DNA of 60,766 nt, counting the filler, from Globobulimina sp. (Eukaryota), in NCBI GenBank assembly GCA_003354225.1. It is 18 parts of 18 records of this genome, joined end to end, with 100 filler letters (N's around TTAATTAATTAA, not from the genome) between each part and the next. Parts side by side here need not be neighbours in the genome. Positions count along the whole stretch, not along the records: positions 10,151 to 13,433 come from PIVH01003201.1; positions 13,534 to 16,815 come from PIVH01003202.1; positions 16,916 to 20,197 come from PIVH01003203.1; positions 20,298 to 23,579 come from PIVH01003204.1; 14 more parts are not named here. The stretch is one strand, 5' to 3'. Both the position numbers and the translations under genes were made by a program. Below, one piece after another: positions 10,151 through 22,617 of the stretch; the first letter of the stretch is position 1; each line of letters begins with the position of its first letter. The notes below the pieces were generated by a model. The model did no database searches and had not been told where the DNA came from. It saw nothing but the letters and a program-made list of their open reading frames with translations.

Positions 10151-13100
10151 CTCTTTCATTGATTTTTGAATTGCATTATTTAGATAGTTATCCATCTTAC
10201 AATTATCAATAATAACGCCATACGGCTCATATGTTTCATGCAAATGTTGATAATAATCGCCAAATTCATCCAAAAGCTGCAATGTATGTCGTCTCTCGTT
10301 TAATACCCTATAATTACCGGCTTTTTTTCTTTTATTTTCCACCTTAATGGGTGTCACGGGTATGTTTTTTGGATCTATTATGGCTAAATGTGCATCATCA
10401 TCTTCATCCGCATCTATTTCCATTTTGTCGGATTTCTTGGATTTAATTTCGTTTTTATGTTCATTATTATTGTTATTATCATTAAAATCAAGATATGATT
10501 TTATTGTACTTTGATGAAAACAGCTCACACTCAACGAAGCAGATTGAAATGTGCCACAATTCTTTCTTTTATTTATTTTATTATTATTTGTATTATCAAC
10601 CATAACGACATCATTATTATCATTGCGATCGGACACAAATTCTCCGCAACGTTTTCGTAACAATTTTAATTTGTTTCTCGTTGCATAAAATTGCGCATCA
10701 ATCACTTGTTTCGGTTTCACATTTATAAATTTTTGAAATCCAACTTCCGATAATAATTTTGCTAAAAAAACGTCTTTTTTCTTCCGTTCCTTCTTGTTTT
10801 TGGGCACAAGCTTATTTACAATAAATTCAATATATTGCGCACATTCTGCACCAACACGCGTACCGCATTCCGCATTATATTTATTAAAGTAGTGGTAAAA
10901 TGTTAGTATGGATTCTCTATCTAATTGACAACCAATCGTAGCAACAATATCGTTGAATCTATGCAGTGATATCTTGCGATTCTGACTATACAAATTGGAA
11001 ACGGATAATTTCGATAAATCGGAGCTATAATGATTAAATATTTCATCCTCGATTGTGTTTTGATTAATTAATCGAAAAATGGTAAGGTCGTGATGGCCAT
11101 TCATGCGCTTAACAAAAGTATGCACATTGTCAGCAATGACAGAATCCCATTCATTATCATAGTAAATGACTGTATTTGCTCTAATTGCGGAGGAATCAAA
11201 TTGATTCACATGGATATTACGTGTGGATGCTATAAATATCAATATGTTCTTGTCATCATTGAATTTATTAAACAATTTAATCGCGTAATTCCTATCTATT
11301 TTGTGATCACAACGTATATAATCATATTGATAGATTAACACAAATAATTCTAATATGTCAATCATTCGCGTATTGGACACAAATAAGATCACTTTATGTC
11401 GTTTTCTGTGCAAATCCTCCAATAACTCAGCCAAAACATTTAATTTCGAACAATTCCATTGCACTAAACCTTTGGCAGAAAATTGTGACAATGATTGACA
11501 ATATAATTCAATATCTAATGGCAATGCTAATGATTCATCATTCTTATTCTTATTACCATTTACTATCGACTTTAATGGCATTGCCAATGCATTTGACAAT
11601 GTGTCTGATGGAATGCTGCTTTTTTTCATAATAATCTGGAATGGATTTGGTTGTTCTTGCTCAGTTCCTTGCGTTTCTTCGCTGTCCTCATCGTCATCTT
11701 GTTCCAGTTCGTTTGCCTTTTCTTCTTTGCTAAGTTTGGACAAACAATCGCGGACTTTATCAAATAATGGTTTGTATAGCGTTTCTATTCTATATTTTTC
11801 TGTTGCATTCATACCGCGATACAGCGGTGCAATGATTCTGATGTTTGCCACATTTGCTGAATGAAACAAGAAATCAATTTGAGAAATCGGATCACATTGA
11901 AAAATATCCTTTTCCCCTCTGCATTTTTCATATAAATTGGGATGATTACAGATTTGTTGCAATTTGTATAATGCACTGAATGTATTCTCGCCATATAACG
12001 CAATACAATCATCATATAATAGCTGTTGTCGTTGTGTTAGGTGACAAATATATTGTTTTTCAACAATTTTGGGGAACGATTTTAAATCAGATTGCTTGTG
12101 GTCGAATATAAACGGACTTAAAACATGTTTTAATTGCTCCGAAAACGCGTTGCTATGGTAATTGTTGTTGTTATTTTGCGATGACATATTTGCATTAAAC
12201 CATGCCTCAAATTCTTGTTTACTGCGAAATGCATTTGGCATTAAACAATATAACATGGACCAGAATGGTATCGCATTATTATTATTGATTAATAGTACTC
12301 GAAATTGGCAATTCAATGTGAATAAACAATGCCATTTTGGCGCAGAAAAATCGCGAATTTTATCTGCTTGGTCAAATATGACATATTGCCATGGTATTTT
12401 TTTGAATTGCAATGAATGTCTGGTTGCCAGGTCATAGGATACAATGCATGCGTTCCACTCATTATGTTTGAGCTTATAATCGCCGATCACGCTCTCCTCA
12501 TTATATACTAATGTCTGATACTGCGGGTAATGGGCTTTAAATTGGTTTTGCCAATTTAGAATTTGCGATTGTGGCACAACTATCAAATGTGGGCCAAGGT
12601 TCTTGTCACCAGACAGCCAGGCAAATAACGCTATGATTTCAGCGGTTTTACCCGATCCATTATCACCGGATAACACACCATTCATTTTGTTCTCATATAG
12701 CGATATTAGCCATTTTAAGGCACTCATCTGATAATCGCGCAATTTACATTTGAATTTACCGCGGATTCGTGTGGTTTTGTTGGATGTGGAGAGGGACAAT
12801 AATTGACCATGCCATTTGGCCAAAACTCTTTGTTTTATGTCATACAATGATGCGTTGGCAGTGTTGATGTGCTCTATTTCGTAATACTGTTATTTGTGTA
12901 AAAAATATATATGCATGAATATAAAAAAAAAATTAAAAGAGAGCTAAACTTTTTTGATGTTCTCCAACAGCGACTTATCGACATTTGTATGGCCTGTTTT
13001 TGTTGTTTGTTTGTTTCAAAATACGGATACAAATTAATTCGTATGTTTCAATTTCAAAATTTCGAGATTTTATTGTGCGAAAATGCGTGGTCGTGGTGTT

Positions 13101-13433
13101 GTGTTAAAAAAAATAAAAAAAAGTAACTTTTATTGGGCAGATGGAGATTAATTACGCCATCCAGGAATGTGTTGGGCTTCAAAGCAAAGGATTGGGAGGA
13201 TATAAATTCGTTTTTTAATGCATCAAACTGTTTAAATTTGCCATTCCAAAATGTTTTAATGCATTTTGCGATTTCAATGCTTGGTTTTTTTTTGAACGTC
13301 TTGCTTATTTTGGCATTATTATTCGTGTTCACTTTGGTTTTAATCTGCATTTTAAATTCATTATTGATTCGATGGTTTATCTCTATTGCTTTGTTTTGGT
13401 ACTTATTCTTGTATTTGCGGTGTAGTTTATGTG
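10151..13433 (-). CDS. SWR1/SRCAP/p400-like SNF2-family chromatin remodeller with degenerate ATPase motifs; fills the contig, truncated at both ends, probable introns near 12886-12950 and 12994-13126
   Basis: HSA-like IAKCIKTFW; LRDYQMSALKWL..LYENKMNGVL; GPHLIVVP; LQQICNHPNL; split-ATPase insertion; CSKLNVLAELL..HKVILF; IFRLINQNTIED. Confidence 0.82.
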
Positions 13434-14000
13434 NNNNNNNNNNNNNNNNNNNNNNNNNNNNNNNNNNNNNNNNNNNNTTAATTAATTAANNNNNNNNNNN
13501 NNNNNNNNNNNNNNNNNNNNNNNNNNNNNNNNNTTTTTTTTACACTTTTTTTTGTATAAATAATGTGTTTGTCACCTTTTGCTCATTTGAGTGTGTGTGA
13601 CAATATGTTATTAATATTATAACATTCATCACACTGTTATAGAATGTGTGATCCGCTTTGTTTTTGAATTGTTTGTGCACTTTCAAATTTGTGCGTTTTT
13701 TTGTTGCTTGTAGTACCTTCATTGATCATGAAAATATTTCTCATGATCAATGATTTGGTATTAATTAATTTGATTGTATGTGTTGTTTTGCGTGTTTTTT
13801 TTCTGTGATGTAATAATAATATAACCATTTATAGGATATTTTCGACATGTTCTCGCTGTCAGACGCAACTTGTGCTTTATACTTTATATGGGAATGGGAA
13901 CTTAAATGTTGCCGAACGGTTTATATTCTATTTGTTATAAACCCAAAGCAATCCCATCACACAAACACTCGTACAAACAAAAAACAAAAAACAATATATT

Positions 14001-16640
14001 TCATCCATAATAACCACCATGATCACTTCGCATATGCTTATAAACTAAACTCCCATCTTTATTATTAATGGGATCCATCCATCTGCATTTCCAACAGAAA
14101 TGTGCATTGCAATAAACACAGGTTGCATGATTACAACTATGCGGCAATTTGTCCGTTGATATTTTACAATTTGGGCATTTTTGAGTAGATTTTAAGGACT
14201 CATATGAATCTAAAAACACTTTCAATGACTCATCACTGTTCGCAGAGACAGAATATTCTTTACACGACATTCCAAAATGATAATCTACGCCGCAAGTCAC
14301 ACAATATTGTCGTAGGCATTCTGTGCAATTAAACATCTTATCCTTTTTTTCATCATCATTATCTTTTATAATATATATTTGTTTGCATTCCGGTGTTGGA
14401 CAATATCTATACTCCTTCGGATTCACTTTGACATAATCATTAACAGAATATATTAATAACTGACGATACTTATTATCGTCATTTAAAATAGATTTAATAT
14501 CTAATAATGAAATATTATCATTGCATGAAGCACATTGAATTGGCCGTGTTCCATTTGCTTCAGAAGCGCAATTTAATTGCATTGCAATACAGTCATTGTG
14601 GAATAAATGGCCGCATACATTCAGTTTATAACTACCTTCATTTGCTTCAATTTCCATAAAACAAACACCACAAATTGTGCTCCCATTGGATTTTCCCTCT
14701 GCTTTTGTTTGTTGTTGATACCCTTTTAATAATTGGTCAATATATTCAATGCATTTTTGACCTTTTTCCACTGAGCCAATAAATTGTTGATCAGTGCAAT
14801 TATGATTATTGTCATCATTATTTTTCATTTCATTCTCTGCCTTTAATGGTAATTTCGCGCAATACATAATTTGAACCAATTTCCTTATTCCATCGATATT
14901 GACATAAACTCCAAATTGCCCAAACTCTGTAATTCGTTGCATTGTTGTTTTTGTCGTCAAACATTTACGAATCAATAACGGCGATACATTGGTAATGTCA
15001 TAACAAACGATATTTTGCACAAACTCTTGTATTGCAGTTTGAAAAATATCTTTCACTTCTTTTGTACCATAAATTTTGAGGGTATTCGCATGAGTCAATA
15101 TTTGTATGGCACAGCATTTAAAATTTGAAAATTGTTTGGTTTTTAAATATTTATATACCAACCGGCACTTTGATTTGTTGTCAAACTTAAAGCTCAGCGG
15201 TCGGGTTATTTGGTCACATAACTTTCGCGCCAAACTCATTGCATTCGGCTCAGATCCAATGATAACAATCCTTGATTTGCTTGGAGCTGCTTTGGGTTTG
15301 GGAATGAGGCATACTTTGACTCCATAGAACTGCACCTGACTCCATTTAACAATGCTGCATATTTTCTGAATCTCCGGCCGCAAAATATCATAAATCGCTG
15401 CTTCTAATTCAATAACCACTCTTAGATCCAATTTAATCTTCAATTTGCCGCCAGATACACCAAAAGCAATTGGTTTGCTATTTTTCTCTCGAATTATATT
15501 CAAACAGTCAGCCATTGAGTTTAATATCGCATTTGCTGTACACACGCCTTTCCGCGCTGGGAACGTTTTGATACTCTTCAAGTTATACGGTGTCAATAAA
15601 CTTTTTAATTGTACCGCAACCAACGCATTGTGCTCATAACCGGTGGTATCGAAAAATATATGCGCTGCAATGAAATTTTCTAAGTTTAATTTTATCAAAG
15701 ATTTGGTCAGCATTTCATCGTCAAAATGTAACGGCAAATTGGAGAGTTTTATTTTATAAACGCCCTCCTTTTCGTTTTCAGCCTTCTCAGGATCCGTCAT
15801 TCCCAATTTCTTGCCACCAAAAGTAACGTTTTTCAGCATTTCAACGGCTAACAATGCACTTCCATCGCCTTCAAATAGTGCCTTTCCGTGACCCGCAGAC
15901 CGACCGGTATGCCATAATAAATATATTTTTTGTCCTTTCATCACAGAATGATCGACGACTATGCGCCTACCGACAGCCCCCGTATCCACATAACCGATGC
16001 TGTTGTTTGCAAACTCAATCATCGAAATACTGTCTCTATCCACGCCAGTTTTGAGCCGGCGGCTTGAACTTTTACTGAAAGAATATACGAATTGGGTCTT
16101 AAGCCATATCTTTGGGTCAGCTCTTGCTGCTTCATGGAAGAACTCACAATGGCCTTGTTTATAGTGCGCACATTTAGCGCCAAATTGGCAGGGTATGGTG
16201 GACCGGATTTGTTTGGTTTTGTGCGTAGGTTTAATATTATGAAGGAACTCACAATTACCATTTTTATAATGCGTGCATTTGGCGCCAAATTGGCATGGTA
16301 TCGTAGACCTTATTTGCTTTGTTTTCTGGGTTTGTTGAATGTGGAGAAACTCACAATTGCCGCTTTTGTAATGTCTACAGTTGTCACCAAATTGACAGGG
16401 TATGGTGGAACGAATTTGTTTTGTTTTTGGTGCGCCTCTATTTGCTCTGTATCCGCGATTGCCACTGCCTATATATCTAGCTCTAACACTACCGCCTCTC
16501 GAGGGGCCTCTGCCTCTGCCTCTGTTACGTCCTCTTTCACGACTACTATTATAATCACCTCTGCCTCTGCCTCTATTGTAGCCTCTGCCTCTTGACGGAC
16601 TTCTGCCTCTGCCTCTGCCTCTACCCATCCTGTAAGCCAT
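14001..16640 (-). CDS. RBR (RING-IBR-RING) E3 ubiquitin ligase with N-terminal RG/RGG region, three CCCH zinc fingers and RRM/KH-like middle domains
   Basis: MGRGRGRG..; 3x CQFGxxCxHYKxGxCEFxH; YKIKLSNLP RNP2-like; CGVCF..CGHLFHNDC..CASC (RING1); YCPTPEC..CTECLRQYCVTC..H (IBR); CPNC..SCNHATC..CNAHFCWKC (RING2). Confidence 0.85.
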   Translation of the reverse strand: MAYRMGRGRGRGRSPSRGRGYNRGRGRGDYNSSRERGRNRGRGRGPSRGGSVRARYIGSGNRGYRANRGAPKTKQIRSTIPCQFGDNCRHYKSGNCEFLHIQQTQKTKQIRSTIPCQFGAKCTHYKNGNCEFLHNIKPTHKTKQIRSTIPCQFGAKCAHYKQGHCEFFHEAARADPKIWLKTQFVYSFSKSSSRRLKTGVDRDSISMIEFANNSIGYVDTGAVGRRIVVDHSVMKGQKIYLLWHTGRSAGHGKALFEGDGSALLAVEMLKNVTFGGKKLGMTDPEKAENEKEGVYKIKLSNLPLHFDDEMLTKSLIKLNLENFIAAHIFFDTTGYEHNALVAVQLKSLLTPYNLKSIKTFPARKGVCTANAILNSMADCLNIIREKNSKPIAFGVSGGKLKIKLDLRVVIELEAAIYDILRPEIQKICSIVKWSQVQFYGVKVCLIPKPKAAPSKSRIVIIGSEPNAMSLARKLCDQITRPLSFKFDNKSKCRLVYKYLKTKQFSNFKCCAIQILTHANTLKIYGTKEVKDIFQTAIQEFVQNIVCYDITNVSPLLIRKCLTTKTTMQRITEFGQFGVYVNIDGIRKLVQIMYCAKLPLKAENEMKNNDDNNHNCTDQQFIGSVEKGQKCIEYIDQLLKGYQQQTKAEGKSNGSTICGVCFMEIEANEGSYKLNVCGHLFHNDCIAMQLNCASEANGTRPIQCASCNDNISLLDIKSILNDDNKYRQLLIYSVNDYVKVNPKEYRYCPTPECKQIYIIKDNDDEKKDKMFNCTECLRQYCVTCGVDYHFGMSCKEYSVSANSDESLKVFLDSYESLKSTQKCPNCKISTDKLPHSCNHATCVYCNAHFCWKCRWMDPINNKDGSLVYKHMRSDHGGYYG
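16130..16430 (-). repeat. Three tandem ~102-105 bp coding repeats (CCCH finger units)
   Basis: KTKQIRSTIPCQFG...CEFLH repeated three times with synonymous differences. Confidence 0.9.
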
Positions 16641-16915
16641 GCAGTCGTTTGATATATAAAAAATAGGATGAAAAACTTTAAACCAAAACACTCCTTCTTT
16701 TCCAAAACACATTTTAGTTTTATTGTATTTGTATGGCGATATAAGAACAGCGTCATATTTTTATTGGCAGCGGTCGAAGCAAACAAAGGTAAACACCACT
16801 GGCAACTGTAGAATGNNNNNNNNNNNNNNNNNNNNNNNNNNNNNNNNNNNNNNNNNNNNTTAATTAATTAANNNNNNNNNNNNNNNNNNNNNNNNNNNNN
16901 NNNNNNNNNNNNNNN

Positions 16916-18053
16916 ATATCTTTGTGTTGTAACTTCCGAGTGTTATGCCAATCACTTGTTTCTTATATGTTTCTTCAATGTATTTATTAATAATAATTGG
17001 TTTATCTGTGGATGCATTATATGTGGATATTATACATTGATTATAATAATTAAATCCAAAGAGATATATTTCATTATTTGCAGTGATTGCGGCGGAATGA
17101 TCATAACCACATAATATCTGTTTTATTGTTATATCTTGCAAACTATCCACTTTTTTAGGTCTTGTTATTGCTTCGCCAGAATATCCATGACCACATTCAC
17201 CATAATAATTGTTTCCAAATGTATATATATTGCCATTGAAACATAATAAAATTGAATGCCAACCACCGCAACAAATATCAATGACAGAAATCTTGAATGG
17301 AATCACTGTTGGTTTAATATGTGGATTCTTGTCTTTTGTGCCTAATCCTAATTGTCCTGAATAATTACGTCCGAATGATAAAACATTACCATTTGAATCT
17401 AAACAAAGAGAATGGTAAGAACCACTGGCAATTTTTGCAATATTTGTAAGTTTATGCGTTTGTTTTGTAAACCATCCTTCTGTCCATTCGATACAATTCC
17501 ATCTTTTTGAGCCATTCTTATTTTCTACTTTTTGTCCATTACCACCATACTCAGAATAATCAGTGGCATAAACCTCACCGGACATTGTTAATAATAATGA
17601 ATAATACTTAGAACATTTAATATCTTTAATAATGCCATGATTGAATGGGATCTCTGTTAATGAATATTTATTTGATGCTGTACCGTCACCTAATTGTCCA
17701 CGGTCATTCCGACCAAATCCATATAATTTATTCTCTTTTGTTAATATAAATCCATGATTTGACTCAGCTGGATTACAAAATATGGATTTAATTGCGATTC
17801 CTTGTAATGATTTGATATTGGATGCTTTCATCATTTTATCTTCTTTCTTTTCTTGAATACATGATCCATAGTAATTATTTCCAGCAGAGTAAAATCTATT
17901 GTTTGAATCTTTATAAATACTGAATGTCCATCCATTATAAATCTGTGAAATTCGTAGGTTTTGGGTCCAATTTGGTGCACTTAATTGTTTTATATCTTTT
18001 GTATCGCCATCACCAAACTCACCATCAGCATTACGACTAATGAAATAAAGCAT
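16916..18053 (-). CDS. RCC1/BLIP-II repeat beta-propeller protein, 3'-truncated
   Basis: Repeated GRNDRGQLGDG, GSYHSLCL..FGRNYSGQLGLG, CGGWHS..FGNNYYGECG, CGYDHS. Confidence 0.9.
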
Positions 18054-18699
18054 GCTGTTGATCACGCTGTTGATGAATTATAATAAGATTTGCTGCGAAG
18101 AGGCACAGGATCGGCACGGTATCGTATACGATGGAAAACCGTGGAGAATTTGGTAGTAGTGAGTAGTGAGAGAACATTCAGCCAGCATCAAAGTCCTGAT
18201 CCATATTACGATGAGAGATTATTTTTTGGTTTCAGATGCAATAAGCGATCAATATGATGTTTATTTACCTACAAATAACAGCCAATAAATTACAATTAAA
18301 ATCCTATAAACTAAAAGTTATTTGTACAAAATCTCAGTTCACAGAAACCATCTTACAATAATTGAATAAAAATTAAAATTCTGTTCTAAAGTATACGGTT
18401 ATAAGTCCGATTCCATGCTCACGGATTGTTGGAACATGTGAGATTTAAAAGGGATCCATCGCTCCTGGTGATAAATCGAACATTTATATTTGGCAAATTG
18501 TACTGAATCGCGATTGGGGATTATGAGGTTGTTGTTAGGGTGGTTTATTCCTACATATACTAATCTGTCAGCAATTTGATCATAGACTTGTTGCTTGGTT
18601 TTGGTGTGCGATTTTATTTTCCGGAGATCAATAATGTGTTTTTGCGTTTCCTTGAAAAGAGCCGCGTAGGTTTTTAAACTTAGAGAGTTTTTTTAAATC

Positions 18700-19775
18700 A
18701 TGTGGCATAACAACTTATCACTTGTTGAAGAATACATTAACATGATAGTAATAATTATATATGGATTATTCATTTTTTTGTTTAGTGTGGATAGTTGTTG
18801 CTGTCAATTACCCTCAACTTCAATTGTTAGCAACCCGCGATATATACGAAGAGCAATAATTGTCTGCATCATATTCGAGATATCCTATCCTATTCACAAT
18901 CTCTTGGATTATCGCTCAACGGATGGAATCCACTCATTTATGTCAATTTTGTTTGATTTCTTAATACCAATTGTGCTCTCTGTTATAATTATGAGAATAT
19001 TTAATAATTATTATACATTGAGATACTTAAAGTTACCAACCCTATACTTCATTTGTTGTGTATTATATACATTTTCGTGGTGGCTATCAATACCAATCGA
19101 GATATTTGCAATTATCGATGATGATAATAAATATTATAAACTTGTAAATAAATACTATTTATTGACATGGATTTTTATTGAATTCATTGTATTTTGTTGT
19201 TTAATTGCAATTATTATCAAATTAAAATTAATGCTAACAAGAACAGAGCAGTATCAATCGATGTTTGTTAGCAACAAAGACCAAAGCGCACAGAATAAAA
19301 AAAGTGTGATCCATAAACTAAGGCTGTGGATTGCCATTGTGTTTGGTTTAGGTATTTGATATATAATTTGATACATAATTTGTGTATAAAAATTGCTTTG
19401 ATAATAGGTGTATATTTCTTATTGATTATGGTTTATTACATTGCTATTTCATACATATTAAAGTTAAAAAAATCAACAACATTCCCATTAATTTTATATT
19501 TTGCCGCCCATGTTGTTCTCAACGTAGTTTTATATCATTACTGTCATTGCGGATACATTTCTGATGCGGCAAAGGATGAACCCGCACGTTCTCAGACATG
19601 GGTATCATCGATGATAAGTGCGAGAGTTAACAGTTTTGATGAAGATGAATATGAAGGGGACGATGACTCTGATACTGATCTGGAATTTAGCATATCTGAC
19701 ACAGAGATTGCAGACACAATGCAACAAAATGAAAATGATTATACACAAATTATTTATATTGAACAGAGTCAATAA
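18700..19775 (+). CDS. Multi-pass (about 7 TM, GPCR-like) membrane protein with acidic C-tail, intron 19352-19407
   Basis: About seven hydrophobic segments; a 56-nt GTATTT..TAG intron joins FGLG-VYFLL in frame; Asp/Glu/Ser-rich tail. Confidence 0.65.
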
Positions 19776-19962
19776 TTTTTAAGCTTGCGTGTTTCTTTTT
19801 TTTTGAAATATAAGTATTTACTCAAATGAGTTGGCGTTGTATTCAATTGAATGCGAAAAGTCAGAGCCGTACAAAGCAACAATTATTGTACATCAATGCC
19901 ATGGTATATGTTTTTTTTGTGGTAGTCAGCTCATTCAACACATAACTAATCACATTTGCATC

Positions 19963-20197
19963 ATGGCAACCAATCCGGACGAACCAACCTTATCTACTTC
20001 TTCAATGTTTCCATTTTCTACAATGACGCGTCCGTCAATAGCAAACCCTTTGAACATAAGTTCACCATATAATCCGTTAACGCATTGGGGGAATATTAGC
20101 AGTTTAAGGAATCCGTACTCATCCTTTTCTCGTTCAAATATAAGCAACACCGAGGAAGATGAAAACAACATAAATAGTTATCACAATCCACGAACAA
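19963..20197 (+). CDS. 5' fragment of a Ser/Pro-rich hypothetical protein
   Basis: ATG (MATNPDEPT...) open to the contig end. Confidence 0.35.
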
Positions 20198-20653
20198 NNN
20201 NNNNNNNNNNNNNNNNNNNNNNNNNNNNNNNNNNNNNNNNNTTAATTAATTAANNNNNNNNNNNNNNNNNNNNNNNNNNNNNNNNNNNNNNNNNNNNTCA
20301 AAGGATTTTAAAATAGTCTTAAATTAGTCTAAATTTTCGAATTTCTATTGGTTTTTTCGCTGTAGCTACTTGGTTGATGACTGCTGCTGGTTCAGATACT
20401 GTCAAGTTATCCGACAGGTGTTACCTAATTAGGGCCAGCTCAGGTGGAGGCAAGATCAAAGGGAAACCCGAATTTGGGCTTAAAAAGTCAATTTTAAACA
20501 TTTTTTGATGCGGTTTTCGAGACAGCGCTCTACTAATAACTGATCATATGGTTCTGCTGAGGTCAACCGGGTGGCAATAGTGACAGCCGGGTGGTAATTA
20601 AAAATTTAGCCGAAATTGACCTCGGGCATGCTGACGTTAGCCTCAGGGACTTT

Positions 20654-21100
20654 TCGTGTCGGGACCATCTACAGTAACCCAACTATTGTACTGTGCGTCA
20701 TGGAGCGCCGATTCCTGGGTGCCGAATCCGAAATGGTGCGCCGAATTACTTGTACAATGTTGTGTTCGTGTCAGGACCCCTAACAGTATGCGACCTGTTT
20801 TTTCGTGCCAGGACCAACTACAGTAACCCCCAACTAATGTATTGTGCGTCATGGAGCGCCGATTCCTGGTGCGCCGAATCAGTTATGGGGCGCCGAATTA
20901 CCAGCACCACATACAGTAACCTGATAACAGTATGCGACTGACGTTTCGTGTATGGACCAAGTACAGCAACAACAGTATTATGTGCCGATTTCTATGGCGT
21001 TGAATCGATTAATGCGTCAATGTGCGCAGATTTTCTATGGTGCGTCATTTCATTGTTGATCCAGAGTCGCGCTGGGACCCATTACAGTACCTATAGCGCA
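20654..21100. repeat. Diverged CpG-rich repeats with ~145-bp period (TTCGTGxxxGGACC..ACAGTAACCC..GGAGCGCCGATTCCTGG..GCCGAAT)
   Basis: Near-identical blocks start at ~20654 and ~20802, with more degenerate copies at ~20765, ~20945 and ~21066. Confidence 0.75.
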
Positions 21101-21514
21101 GTTCGGACGCGCCAAATGGAATGTATGTGAAGTAAATGTGTCTACTTTTTTTTGGTCCTTTTATGTTGTTAAGAGTCATTGGTCAGTCACTGGTCTGTCT
21201 TATTGATGTGTGTCAAGTCACAACCTAGGTCCGTAATGCTTTTTAGGTGTATAGTGTCCCATGTATAAAGGTCTTTTCCGATATTTTGAATAGTATGTCA
21301 AAGGGTTACTGTATAATTGAGTCTATTTACATTGAGTTAAGGGAAATTTTGGTCCGTTGGCAGAGGTCAAGTGGGGCTTAATCCTTTCCATCTGGTCCTT
21401 AAGCCTCTATTGTTTATAAACAAACCGTCAAGTGGTAGACAAATGTTTGGATTTTCTCGTTTATTACGTACAAGGGGTACATATAATAGAAAAGGCAGTA
21501 TTGGGGACAATCAT

Positions 21515-21730
21515 TCTATACAAATAATGAGGCGATACAATCGGTGCAATTCATTCTATACATTCTATACAATCGATGTGACAATGGTGCACACAACAGT
21601 CGATACAAACTATGGTGCAGTACTTCTATAGAAATACTGGTGCTATACATGGTGCGATACAACAGTCTATACATTCTATACATTCGATGGGAAATAAATT
21701 CGGCCAATACAGTCAGCCAGTGCAATACAA
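21515..21730. repeat. Cluster of short degenerate repeats (CTATACATT, CGATACAA, ATGGTGC)
   Basis: TCTATACATTCTATACA occurs twice; ATGGTGC/CTGGTGC four times; CGATACAA three times. Confidence 0.6.
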
Positions 21731-21927
21731 TAGTCTCCTTGGATGTTGCTTTCAGTTTGGTTTTGTCGCCTTATTGGCCATTTTGTTATTCTTTGTCTTT
21801 CTGATGACACAATGGTTAGCCCCTGTGATCCGTTTGCATTTTGGTTTAACAGACGTGATGGTAACTTCGGGCGTTTTCATGAGCAGATATGTTTTGTCCT
21901 GCAAAGAAGTGTGTAACATGTGATAAA

Positions 21928-22278
21928 TCAACTTCCTGAATGATGACTTACCTTCTGACTAGACCCAATGCATATGAAAATGCTTGGCCATTGGTATCGT
22001 TTGTCCGATTTGTCAGTTTGTGGTTCATCATGTGTTTGTGTTTTGTTGTCCAAAATGGGGTGTTGAAGGATGTTGACACCCAGTTGCCCGACAATACAAA
22101 CACTTATTGGGTGGTTTCTGGTCATATGACGTTTCATGCTGTCCTTTCGTTTGCATACAAAGTCACAATGTGGGCAGGGAATGAAGTAGTTAGGGTCATG
22201 CCCCACACGATGGCGTACAAGATTGTATGTAGTTGCAAAATTGTCGCCACATTCTGGACAAGAAAGTTTGGGAGCCAT
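21928..22278 (-). CDS. Small intronless protein with two C2H2 zinc fingers
   Basis: CPECGDNFATTYNLVRHRVGH and CPHCDFVCKRKDSMKRHMTRNH. Confidence 0.75.
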   Translation of the reverse strand: MAPKLSCPECGDNFATTYNLVRHRVGHDPNYFIPCPHCDFVCKRKDSMKRHMTRNHPISVCIVGQLGVNILQHPILDNKTQTHDEPQTDKSDKRYQWPSIFICIGSSQKVSHHSGS

Positions 22279-22617
22279 AATCTGAACCGACCGCACACGA
22301 CCAGTACAACTGTGAGAATGATGATATTTCAAAGAAATATTTCTAATATGGTCATTTATAAATCATTGATAATCGATGCTACATGTCTGAATTACGTCTC
22401 ATGACGCCAGTTTTCTATACCAAGCTGCACATGCTCAAGTCATTTACCGTTATGTGTAGGATAGTCTATGTGTTTCAGACTACCTTTGCGAAAATTCTTG
22501 ACACCATCTTCGAGTTAAGGACTGTCTGGTGACACTGTTATGCCCACGCAATGCAACTGCATCTCTTTTATAGTAGAAAATGGTATCATTTCTGATAAAA
22601 GCAGGGAGAACCACAAT

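Noticed and set aside
18066-18200. Possible C/D-box snoRNA (TGATGA ... CTGA) upstream of the RCC1 gene
   Set aside because: Only short box-like words; no convincing terminal stem or guide could be verified by eye
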